From: Cyanidioschyzon merolae
Taxonomy: Eukaryota
Length of the DNA: 64,000 bases
Assembly (NCBI GenBank): GCA_000091205.1
Contig: AP006485.2
Strand: one strand, 5' to 3'
Below the pieces are notes generated by a model. The model had not been told where the DNA came from and searched no databases. It saw only the letters and a list, made by a program, of their open reading frames with translations. The position numbers and the translations under genes are program-made. Below are positions 23,861 to 33,760 of the stretch, one piece after another; position 1 is the stretch's first letter; every line of letters starts with the position of its first letter.

Positions 23861-25288
23861 GTGTTGTCGCTTTTGAGCGCAAGTCCACAGAGGGCTCATC
23901 GACAAAGCGTCCCCTACCATACTCTCCGAAACGAAGCCGAAGCATACAAACAGCAACGTTGCGCCCATGACAGCTGGCCCCCCGAACATTTGAACGGGAA
24001 ACCGCAAGATTATCTGCGGTACAACACGAGCCAAGCTGCTGGCTCTGTGGGTATAGGACGCGTACCAGAGACTCCCATCGAACGCGAATTTGTAGCTGAT
24101 GCCCCGACACTTCTACGGAGGATGGACTCACACCCCCAAAATACCAGCGATGACGATGATGACGTTGAACATGTTTACATTGTGAGTAGCCCGGAAGCGT
24201 CCAGTGAAGAAGAGGGCTGGAACTTGCCAGCACCTGACGCCAACGCTGACGACGCTGTCGCGGTGCTACGAGGGCACTCCAGTGCAGTATACGCTGTAGC
24301 GATCACAGGTCAGGATGAGGTGGTGATTTCTGGAGGAGGCGATGATCGAGCGCTGGTCTGGGTGCAGCCCTTTTCAGAGGCACCGCGGCTCCTCGGCGAC
24401 TTTCATGACAGCGTCAGCGCTGTGGCGCTTACAGGATCGCGCTTAGCGCTCGGCACACTGGCGGGCGAACTACAAGTACACTGCACCCAGCAGCTGACCG
24501 AGCGCACCGAAGGAGAACAACTCGCACCGCCGCTGGCTCAGGTGGAAACTGATGTTGGCATCGAGTGCCTTCGAGGAAACAGCGAATTCTTCGCTGCCGG
24601 AACAGCGGATGGAGCACTCTGGGTCCTCGATGCGCTCTCTGGAGACTGCCTTGGGGTTGCTTACAATCACCAAGGCGCCATTAATTCGCTCGCTTTCGTC
24701 CAAGATGATACGAATGTGTCTACGACGAGCCTATTGGTGACGGCCTCGACGGATGGCACCGTGCGTTTATGGGGACCTCCGTCGCACGGCACCGTCCCGT
24801 GCCTATACGCAATGGATGGGGTATTTCACGACGCTCCTGTACTTTCGTTGGCAAGTTTTCGGGACGTGGTGCTCAGCGGCGATGAGGCAGGTCGATCGTT
24901 TCTAGCGAACTGGCGAACTGGACGTGTCTTGTGTCCGTTGAGCCAGCAGCACCAGGGGAGCGTGGAGAGTGTCGTCGCTAGTTCCGAGTTTCTGGTTACG
25001 GGCGGATCAGATGGATTTCTTCATGTGTATACACCAGATGCACGATACAGAATGAGCTTTCAGCATCGCGATGTCGTCGTTGTGGTTCGGGAAACGAAAC
25101 GATGGTCCCAGTGCTTTGTTTCTGCGTCCGTCGATCAGACAGTGTGCCTTTGGGATTTACGTTCTGGTGCCGAGCCAGTGCGATGTTGGCGTGGTCACTG
25201 CGACGCGATTCTGACCATGGATATCGGAACGGAGCTGATCGTTACCGGGAGCGACGATGCTACGGTACGATGCTTTCCTCTGCAGTAG
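23861..25288 (+). CDS. WD40-repeat protein, AAMP (angio-associated migratory cell protein)-like; likely true start near 24122 (MDSHPQNTSDDDDD...)
   Basis: Acidic N-terminal tract then WD repeats. 'GGDDRALVWVQ', 'AAGTADGALWVLDALSGDC' and 'TASTDGTVRLWG' parallel AAMP 'GGEDDKAFVWR', 'LAGTADGNTWMWKVPNGDC'. Confidence 0.65.
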   Translation: MLSLLSASPQRAHRQSVPYHTLRNEAEAYKQQRCAHDSWPPEHLNGKPQDYLRYNTSQAAGSVGIGRVPETPIEREFVADAPTLLRRMDSHPQNTSDDDDDVEHVYIVSSPEASSEEEGWNLPAPDANADDAVAVLRGHSSAVYAVAITGQDEVVISGGGDDRALVWVQPFSEAPRLLGDFHDSVSAVALTGSRLALGTLAGELQVHCTQQLTERTEGEQLAPPLAQVETDVGIECLRGNSEFFAAGTADGALWVLDALSGDCLGVAYNHQGAINSLAFVQDDTNVSTTSLLVTASTDGTVRLWGPPSHGTVPCLYAMDGVFHDAPVLSLASFRDVVLSGDEAGRSFLANWRTGRVLCPLSQQHQGSVESVVASSEFLVTGGSDGFLHVYTPDARYRMSFQHRDVVVVVRETKRWSQCFVSASVDQTVCLWDLRSGAEPVRCWRGHCDAILTMDIGTELIVTGSDDATVRCFPLQ

Positions 25289-25521
25289 AATGTCTGTCCT
25301 CCGGGGATTCCATAACTGGCTGCATGAATGTTTTATGACTTGAGCGCTGCCTATCTTGGACATGTACCTATAACTTCATGCTGCTTCGAATGCTGTTGGA
25401 CGCTATGCATGGATACATGGATGCATCGGTGCATCCAGGGATGTATATCTGTGCCCGTGTTTACACTGGTGCACGTTCACAGTTGAACATCAACATCCAC
25501 ATGCTTGCTTCCATCTGCTTA

Positions 25522-26304
25522 TCATGATCGTTGGTCAGCATTTTTTCTCGGAGCATGCTGGTGGCGTCGACGTGCCCGAGGGCGCTCTGTCTCTCGAGCG
25601 AGACGCGAGAACATGAGCATGAGGCGCTCTGTGGGAACGCTCCGCTCCGCGCCGATGGACTGTGATCTTAACATGTCTCGAGGCACCGGCTTCACCAGTA
25701 CAATATCGTCGCCATCATCTTGGTTGACCACTTTCCATTCAGAGGGAACATCCGTTGAGTTGAGTAGTTTTGCAAGCTCTGCTTTTCTTATTTTTTGAAA
25801 AGCCATTTCAACGATACTGCAGATAAAGTTTCGGACGCCGAGGTCAAAGTCTACAATGGAATCGAGCAGTTGGCCCAGTGGCGTTCCATGGGCAGCTTCT
25901 TGGCTTCTCAACCTCCAAAACTGATGGAACTGACCAGTCTCAAGGAGATCCGCTAGTTCCACAAGTTTCCGAACCAGCTCTGACTGCTCGGTCGTCTGCT
26001 CGGTGGTTCGGGTGTCAAGCGGTTTCAGCAGGAAACGACAGCAAGTGGTAGCCTCTGAAGGCAGCACCATTAACGACTTGGCGAGGATGATGCCTTTTAT
26101 GTCGTCCTTGGCTCTATCGGGGTACAGCTGATACAGTTTTAAAGTAAGCAGGTGTGTTGCAACGTCGTGCACTGCGAGGCCACCGGCCGCGTCTAACCGT
26201 ACCCGGGCTTCCAGCTCCTCGAGGCGTTGTGGGTCGTAGCGGCTGCCCCAGGGATACGTGCTCTGGGATTTCTCGATGAAAGTCACGTCCATGTGTACAG
26301 CCAC
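25522..26304 (-). CDS. EIF3K: Eukaryotic translation initiation factor 3 subunit K (eIF3k)
   Basis: 260-aa ORF. 'RYDPQRLEELEARV', 'LLTLKLYQLYP', 'LADLLETGQFHQFW' and 'VRNFICSIVEMAFQ' correspond to eIF3k 'RYNPENLATLERYV', 'LAVLKLYQFNP', 'LGDLLETCHFQAFW' and 'VRKFICHVVGITYQ'. Confidence 0.75.
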   Translation of the reverse strand: MAVHMDVTFIEKSQSTYPWGSRYDPQRLEELEARVRLDAAGGLAVHDVATHLLTLKLYQLYPDRAKDDIKGIILAKSLMVLPSEATTCCRFLLKPLDTRTTEQTTEQSELVRKLVELADLLETGQFHQFWRLRSQEAAHGTPLGQLLDSIVDFDLGVRNFICSIVEMAFQKIRKAELAKLLNSTDVPSEWKVVNQDDGDDIVLVKPVPRDMLRSQSIGAERSVPTERLMLMFSRLARETERPRARRRHQHAPRKNADQRS

Positions 26305-27289
26305 AGAAAGGCAAGAAGAGCGTTGTTTCTAGGCAAACGTAGTGCTGAACGTCGACGGCAGACCGGATTGGTTTGGCGATTTCTCACACAATCACGAAAC
26401 GTTTCCATGAACCGTAGACCCCAGAATGCGGGATGGATGGGTATTGGTAATCGAAAAAAAGTGCACATCATGCTACTGCACCAAGTTCTATTATTCATAC
26501 TTGCTTTCGAATGTGCTGGTCGTTTCGTATGTTCTATCGCGCGCCGAGTGCCTGCTGTGAGCAGCCGCCTTAGCGCCTAGACCGCTGGAACAGATGCATC
26601 ATGGAGACAAGACGGCTTTGCCGTACCAGTGAGGGCGTCGGATCGAGGAACGCTTCACCTGATACGGAGCCGGAGTACATGGTCATTCTGGGCGCTTGCA
26701 AGCTGCGCAGACAGAACGACTGCCTGCAGAAGCTCGAAGCGATATGCTAGGAGTCTACTGCGACCAGCGCGATGCTCAGAAGCAGCCGAACCGCCGCTAG
26801 TCCCAGAATGAAGTGTGTTGCGGACGAGCTGCTCAGATCTCATTACAACATCCTCCACTTTAGAGGCACACGGAGCATGAGCCACGCAGACTCGTCCGGC
26901 TTGCGGGACCTTCCGCCTGTATGGTAAAATTTTCGAAATGCGGATAGCGCTCCCCCATGCAACGTTTACCATATAGAGGAGAAGAACCTGTCCTATCGTT
27001 GTTATTTAATGGTTCGTTTCTGTTCATGGTTCTGTATAGCATATTCGATACGCGCACCTCCATGTCTGGCAGGCATGAGATGCGGCGCGCGTTTCGCAGT
27101 GGAAGAGAAACGCGATCCTCATCGTTATCATGTTGCTCTAAAGTACAAGGTGTCTTTGCGTTGCAGTCGTACCGAACCATAGATTTCAATTCAGTTGTTT
27201 TTCAACCCTCAAGCAAGTATATTCAAGTGATTTCTCGCGGTTTATAGCTGAAGCGTTCAACGTGTGTTCATTTTCAAAAAATAAAAAAG

Positions 27290-29480
27290 GGAAGTTAGCG
27301 AAAAGCAAGTTGAGGATCCCGAAGGGCTTGTGCCGCCGGCTGCCAGAAGAATAAAAAGCATGGCGGAGCAAAGAGCAACAGGAAAAGACGAAGAAGCAAG
27401 AGAAGGAGGCCCTACGCCAAAGGCTGCAAGAAAGACGACACTGCGACGGAATGGTGCTGGAAGCCTGTCTTCTTGGACATATTAATGATCCATACTAGGA
27501 AAAGTTGCGAGAGGCCATCAGAAACCGGACCGAGTCGTTCTCCAGGAGGATTATAAAGTCTTCGTCAGGGCTAATGCATTTGGTGAAGGATATGTACGAA
27601 GACGTGACGGACATCAAAAAAGTCGAGATTGCAGAAGAATTTTGCGACCAGGCCTTTATTCCTCACCTGATGCTTGGCACCGGGGAAACGTCGACGAAAA
27701 ATGAGCGAGTGTATGCCTTCCATGAAAATCACTCCGAATTCCGCTTCGACGGTACTCGACACATGCCTGACTCGAATATTTACACGTACGGAGCAATGGA
27801 GGGCCTCACGAACCTGAAGAACCATATGATCGTGAACCTCGAACGTTTCATGATACGCACCATGTTTGCGCTGAACCCCGGCCTTTCTCGCCAGTGGATA
27901 CGGGCCATCATCAATGGCATCAAGAACGCTCGCCAGAATGGACAGGAGATCGAATTCGTCGACAAAAAGACATCACACAGGAGCATGAATAATGCTTCTG
28001 TAATTCGTGCGGCTATTCAAGAGCATCGTGCGGTCTTGGGGCTTGTCAAATCCAGCTTAAACGGTATCAGATATGAAAAGAAAATGAAGAGAAACGGTAT
28101 ACCCTCGTACTGTAGTATTCCGTGTTTCTGAACAGAGACCTCGAACGCAAGGCGGAGATCGAGCAGAGTGTGAGGAGAAAAATGAAGAGTCAGCGAAACG
28201 GAACGCTGCCCTAATGGGTAAGCGCTTCAATGTCGTTCCGCTATGCAACATCGAGTCAAATGTTGTGACAGTTGGCCCGCTACGTACTTTACAGCAAAAT
28301 GAAGGAGATCTATCCGGACTTCGATGTAAGCAGCAACGAGTTTACGGGCGAAAACCGGGAGACGTACTGGGTGAATATGTTCGATTTCAAACGTCTGAAA
28401 ACGAGCAAACAAAAGTTATTTACTGAGGTGATCGAAGCCGATGGAGCAGCCGTGTGTGTACACGATCGGCGCTTGAAAGTGGATCGTCCCATTGCATCTT
28501 CATGCTTCGCCGTCGGCGAGGCATAAAGAAAAAGAGGAGGCGGATCCTGCGACGCATGCGGTGCAGGATAAAGACTTTGTTGTTGGCGCGGACCCTACGA
28601 ACACGAATATTGTTACCGTCGCTGTACCCAAACATGCGGAAGATGGTATCAACGGCAACTTCAGAAACACATGCGTCTGTTGAGGCTCTCAAGAGCTAGA
28701 GGTTACCGAGAATGCGGTATAATGAATGCGAGGAAAAAAATTGAGAAGTGGAATGCAGGAATGAAGGATCGCCTGGAAGCTATGAGGGAGGTGACGAGCC
28801 GAGAAGCGGGCTTTGAAGCTTTTATGAAATTCATGGAAGTTCGCGTGGCTCACTGGGAGGCGCTGTGGAAAGAGAATACAAAGCCCCAGTGGGCTCGTCT
28901 ACGTATGAACCTGTACCGTAACAAGTAGCATGCATTCGCGAATTTTTTCAATGAGTTGAGTGCCCTGAAGGAGGACGAGAGACAGAGGCTCGTAATAGCA
29001 TGCGGAGCAGGGCGCTGGAAGACCCAAAAAAGCGAGTGGACCAGCTCCAACGACGATGGTGTACAAGTAGTGCGCAACGCGTTTCATTACGATACCTGTA
29101 GATGAGTTTCGAGCATCGTATACGCACCATGAACTGGGATGCACACTTCAGAGAGTGGAGATGGAAAAGTGTCAGAGAAGACCTTGGGATACAGAGAAGT
29201 GCGGAGAGCTGACAGAGCAGCAAACGTAAAGAACGGCGAAAGTTCGTGGACTCCATGCATTAGTAAGTACAACCAACGGCAAGCAACGTATGGAGTTTGT
29301 GAATCGCGACTTTAACGCAGCAATCAATACCAGGAGATGTGCGGTGATGGAAAGAAGACCTCCGGAGTTGACAAGAGAGAATTTTATGGACAACCTTCTA
29401 CGATGGAATTAGATGAGGAAAGTTGAAACCAGTAGTAGGTGGCCGGTCGAGAAAAACCGACAAGGCGTCTGCACGTCGCC
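27290..29480 (+). mobile_element. Most complete copy (C) of a TnpB/Fanzor-like RuvC-nuclease element; coding region is fragmented (pseudogene)
   Basis: AT-richer block in a GC-rich region. Collinear frames 27505-28131, 28272-28526, 28492-28683, 28671-28928 and 29030-29400. RuvC-I-like 'FVVGADPTNTNIVTVAV' lies at ~28576-28625 and RuvC-III 'RMEFVNRDFNAAINTRRC' at ~29290-29340; between them is a C-rich segment 'ELGCTLQRVEMEKCQRRPWDTEKCGEL' (possible zinc-finger remnant). Several frameshifts/stops split the reading frame. K/R-rich N-terminal peptide 'KAARKTTLRR' at ~27360. Confidence 0.65.
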
Positions 29481-30247
29481 CTAAAGGCTTCCACGCTATC
29501 GGCGTGACGTATGTGCGTTCGTATACCCGTTTTCCGGGTGGCAGTTCCCGCGCACAACGTTTCGCTTGTAGCGCCGCGACTCGAATGCCGCGGTACACGA
29601 TACGGAGTCTACTCGTGTTGGGTTGTGCTTCTTTTGCTATTTACCAAACATCGGCTTCGAAGTATGAGCCTGATGGTCGCGAAAGTATAAGATCGACTCG
29701 ACAAGCGCCCGAAAGAGGGCACAGGACGCGAGCGTCACCTGAACCAGCGAACCACAGAACCGGACAGGGAGCGATCTTGTCTGCTTTGCTGAGCACTAGT
29801 ACTGAGGGCACGTTATCGAGTGCAACGAACAGTGTAGAAGGACTGCGTATTGGTCTTACGAATCAAACGGAGGCTGCTCTTGCCAGCGTTACGCCCGTGC
29901 TGCAGCCTGATGCTGCGGAACTCGAGAACGCGTGCACTTTTCAAGCACCAGAGTTGAGCGCCTTGTCCGGAACGTCAAGTCTCATGGAAGACCTGAGCAC
30001 TGGAGCGGACTCAGTTGCCGGCACTGACAATGACAGTGATCGTTCAGAACAGATGACGCGAAACAAAATTAGAGACCGCTCGTGGTCGTTGTATCGTCAC
30101 CTGATGGATCCACCAGTTGCATCGGAGGTAGGCGTTGCAACTCCCCGTTTGCGTCGCCGCATTGGGCCGAATCCGCAGGCAGTAGGAGTCAACCCCCTTG
30201 ACTCAAGCGGCGAACGTAACGAATGCAGGGCGATGGCTCCGTCCTGA
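29423..30247 (+). CDS. Hypothetical Ser/Thr/Ala-rich ORF (274 aa); its first ~25 codons overlap the frameshifted tail of the Fanzor-like copy C
   Basis: ORF only. The start region 'KPVVGGRSRKTDKASARRPKG' is homologous to the C-terminal tails of the other Fanzor-like copies ('KLKPIAGGRSKNTGRRLRVG'), so the 5' part is element-derived. No recognisable domain. Confidence 0.2.
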   Translation: MKPVVGGRSRKTDKASARRPKGFHAIGVTYVRSYTRFPGGSSRAQRFACSAATRMPRYTIRSLLVLGCASFAIYQTSASKYEPDGRESIRSTRQAPERGHRTRASPEPANHRTGQGAILSALLSTSTEGTLSSATNSVEGLRIGLTNQTEAALASVTPVLQPDAAELENACTFQAPELSALSGTSSLMEDLSTGADSVAGTDNDSDRSEQMTRNKIRDRSWSLYRHLMDPPVASEVGVATPRLRRRIGPNPQAVGVNPLDSSGERNECRAMAPS

Positions 30248-31017
30248 ATCGAGGCTCGGGATGGATACGGCTTTGGGAGTTGAGCACTTCTGCCTCCGCA
30301 AGCTGCCGTTCACGCGCGACTTGACATGGTTCGACGGCGCTGCTTGCTCACGCGTTCAACGAAGCGCGACTCGAATGATCGTGCAGGTCGCGGTCATGGT
30401 CTGTCGCGTTCCCTAAACATTTAAAAGGACGTGACGCATTGCCCTGTCGTGAATATGCTGTCCCAATGGTCTGCTCTAGGTCTATCTGTCGGCATGTCTC
30501 TCTTGCTACGAATACGGATTCGTCCTTGAGGCATCGCACGTGCGTCGCTTGAGACCCGAAGCCATTGAATGCAAGAGCAATATCCCTATCTTTTCAGTAG
30601 GCTTCTAGAACTGCAGAAAAAACTCGCGTCCGATACGATGGATTGGGCGGAGCGGTTGCAAATCCTCGAAAGCGGAAGACTTTCGTGTCCAGTGCAACAA
30701 TCCTGTGATGGTGGACGCGTTCATCCCAGGCCGCTGCTTTCACACCATTGTCCTGAATTTTCCATGTTCATGTTCAACTCCTGTTCAACTTAAAATCTCT
30801 TTGAAACTCCCCAATCAACGCTGAACCCTTGATGCTCCGTGATGGAGACCACGGATTCGCTCTACTCAAGGCAGCAACGACCGACATGGAAGTGAGCGCA
30901 GCCAGCGCAGTCGCCACTGCACCAGAATGTCGGATAGCGTTCACAAATCGCCAGGCTGTCGCTCTGCCCGAAACCGATACGGCACTTGCGCGTGCACCAG
31001 GTCCGCGACGCCTGGAA

Positions 31018-31145
31018 TCGATTTTTTTTTCATTGACAAAACGTTTCCATTGGCCAGCGTTCTCCGATTATGCGCATTTTCCTTTTCTTACTTTTTTGTG
31101 TTATTTTTTCAGTGCACTGTGAAGTATCTATCAAACACCCTACCT
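31018..31145 (-). repeat. Diverged, inverted dispersed copy of the 135-bp repeat unit
   Basis: The reverse complement of 31028-31125 ('cttcacagtgcactgaaaaaataacacaaaaaagtaagaaaaggaaaatgcgcataatcggagaacgctggccaatggaaacgttttgtcaatga') aligns with the tandem unit core 'cgcgcactgaaaaaaaaagtaagaagagaaaaagcgcacaatcggataacgctggacaaagtaaacgtttattcagtga'. Confidence 0.75.
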
Positions 31146-31331
31146 CCATGTTCCATTACCTATACTTCGTCTCGGATATTCTGGACGTTTCATACGTCCT
31201 ATCGTGCGTGGGATCGATGCTGTGCATCCGCGGCTCGCCCGCGAATGAAGCGCGATCACGACGCGCGCATCTCATGTCCGTTTTGATCAAACGGCTATAT
31301 ATATCAGATTTGACGAATTTTCGGTGGCATT

Positions 31332-31424
31332 GCGGACGTGTCCGAGTGGTTAAGGAGAACGATTAGAAAGCGCCTAGATATCGTTTGGGCTCTGCCCGCA
31401 CAGGTTCGAATCCTGTCGTCCGCG
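31332..31424 (+). tRNA. tRNA-Ser (anticodon AGA) with an ~11-nt intron 3' of position 37
   Basis: GCGGACG/CGTCCGC acceptor stem with discriminator G. D-loop 'GAGTGGTTAAGG', anticodon stem AACGA/TCGTT, loop T-T-AGA-A then the extra 'AGCGCCTAGAT'. Long variable arm GGGC-TCT-GCCC. T-arm 'ACAGGTTCGAATCCTGT'. TATATATA lies ~35 bp upstream. Confidence 0.8.
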
Positions 31425-33599
31425 CATCATTGTTTTTATTCGATACGTGTATCTGCCCTTCTTGTACAAAACAAATCAGCGGATGAAACGCGTATGGCAG
31501 GCATGCACCAATCGGGGTACCGCCCGGCGCTAGGCATCAAAAAGGACTCGAGCGGGGCCTCGCGGCGGACGAGCTCGCCGAGCGCGACACCCGCTGCTGG
31601 ATGCAGCGCTCCGAAGCTGCAGCAGCGCACGAATACGCTGTCTGTATTCGGTAGGCATGGAATATTGTACCGCTCAGATGGTTTCTGCTTTTCGACTTTT
31701 TCCGCTCTTTGCCACAGATGCACAGCGTCGACGTTGAACGCGCTGCTCTTCTGGCTTACGGATTCATTCATTGTTTGGGATTCTCGGTCGTTTATTTTCT
31801 CGGAGTCGCTCTGCTGCCCTTGGCTGGAGGGATTCCTTACGTTACCGGAACCGAGATGAATCGTTACGTCCTCGAACAAGGATCTGGATACATAACCGAT
31901 ATCATGATGCAGTCCATGAGTACGATTGCGGACTCTTCTGCTTGACTCGTGTAGAGCACGTCCAAATCACGAATGCTTCAGCATTTCTATCTCTCTGGCT
32001 CGAGCAAGTCGTGGGCGCAGCAGTGCACCCCGCCGTATTGGCGAGGAAAACGCGTAGTGTCGTTCGTTGATGACTTGCTCACAAGCTCATGCCGAACGGT
32101 CACCGAACTCGTTACGTCAAATAACCGATTCCATTCGAAAGCCAAATTTTCCTCTCTTCGAGATCATCCCTGAGACGGCACTCGGCAGCAGCACGGTAAT
32201 GCGCTAGAGGTATGCTTCAAGAGGCTCCCGTCTCTTCTGTTTACGTGGGGCAGTGGACTTTTTCCGGACCGCGGTCATCGCAGCTATCGCTTCCAATCGA
32301 CAGGGCGCAACCGCTTTGCATGAAGAGAGCGTAGACGATTCGACATTCCCTGACTTGCTGTCCCGCCCGGAATTTCGTCCTGGTACGCACTTCATTATGG
32401 ATAACAGCGCGTTCGATGAATCCTCTGTCGGGCGGCACAACAAATGCTAGCGTAAACGACGGATTCGGTATGCACGAGGCGCGGTTGCACAGAAAAAGCA
32501 GGGGATCCGAGGATGAAGCATCCGGCGCAATAGCGATGGAGAGAAGCGAGGTTAGCCTTCGCAACTAGCTACACGTATGCGTCGAGCGATGAAACAATCC
32601 TGGAAGCATGGCACGGGCGGTGCTGTAGGAAGGCATTGTGATGGGCATTCAGGAACACCTGACCACAGTTACTTGTAACAATTACGAAGGGCGCAACGAG
32701 GCTGCACGCGAACAAATTGAAAATACCAAGCACGGGTCCTAACCTCCACCTGTGCATGCAACGAATCGACAACAGCAGGATGCTGCGAAATCAAGACTTG
32801 CACAGGGCAAACGATACATTCGATTGCCGACAGTGGAGCTGGCGTCACCGGAGTGACCGACTTATGTTAGGCACGATACTAGAGAGAGAGAGCAAAAGGA
32901 TTCAGTTGCAGAAAAAACCGACACAGGCTTTTTCTCATGATAATAGTACAACCACCAGCGTTCACAATCGACGCCCGAACTCGCCGAGCGGACCTCTTCC
33001 ATGCAATGCGCTTATGAATGTACTCATGTTCGGCGCGCGAGGCCCCGATTCAAAACAGGAGCTTTCAAGTCGCTTTTCGATACCTGATTCGCCCCCGAGA
33101 TGGACCTGAAGTCACGTGCCTCTCGCGACTTTACTGCTGCATCCCAGCAATCGCTCCTCCAAGCGGTGCGTATCGCAAATCGACTCTGCACAGAAGGCGT
33201 TTTTGCACCCTTGCCCCTTTGCGTACGGGAACGCTCGCCTCTTGGCATCCTGCGCGAACGCCTCCGGACTCCTGGGCGTACACGTTTGCTCCGCGTTCCA
33301 CTGCCACGAGTCTGAAGCACCACCAAAGCCAAAAGCTGAAACACATCCATAACGAATATGACGTAGCGAGATCGCTTGCGAGATGCACAGCGTACCTGTA
33401 CCGACTTGTGCAAACAAGCCTGGCGGCGTCGTGGTGCACTGCCTCGGCACGCGCGTCCTCGAGCCGACGCCCTCTGTATTATAGAAAAGCAGTTCTGCCC
33501 TGGTGCAGCAACCGCACCGGCGCTATAGACGCCATTGCGGTCGCGTTCGGCAGGCACTAGGCAAAAGATAGGACGTATCAAACGATCAGACTATCCGAG

Positions 33600-33760
33600 A
33601 AGAGGTTTAATTCATGTAACTTGGACGAAGAGGGTTTGATGGATACCTCACCGTGCACTGGAAAAGAAAAGAAAAGAAAGAGCGCATCATCTGAGAACGC
33701 TGGCCTAAGTAAACGTTTTGTCAATGAACGTGAAAAATCGCTTGGGGCACCGCCCTGCAC
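33600..33760 (+). repeat. Diverged dispersed copy of the 135-bp repeat unit, overlapping the predicted 5' end of the downstream ORF
   Basis: 'ggtttgatggatacctcaccgtgcactggaaaagaaaagaaaagaaagagcgcatcatctgagaacgctggcctaagtaaacgttttgtcaatgaacgtgaaaaatcg' aligns with the tandem unit at ~70-75% identity. Confidence 0.75.

Noticed and set aside
29423-30247. Independent gene adjacent to Fanzor-like copy C
   Set aside because: The 5' end of the ORF is homologous to the C-terminal tail of the other element copies in a shifted frame, so at least the start is element-derived read-through. The remainder is low-complexity S/T/A-rich. It is kept only as a low-confidence feature.
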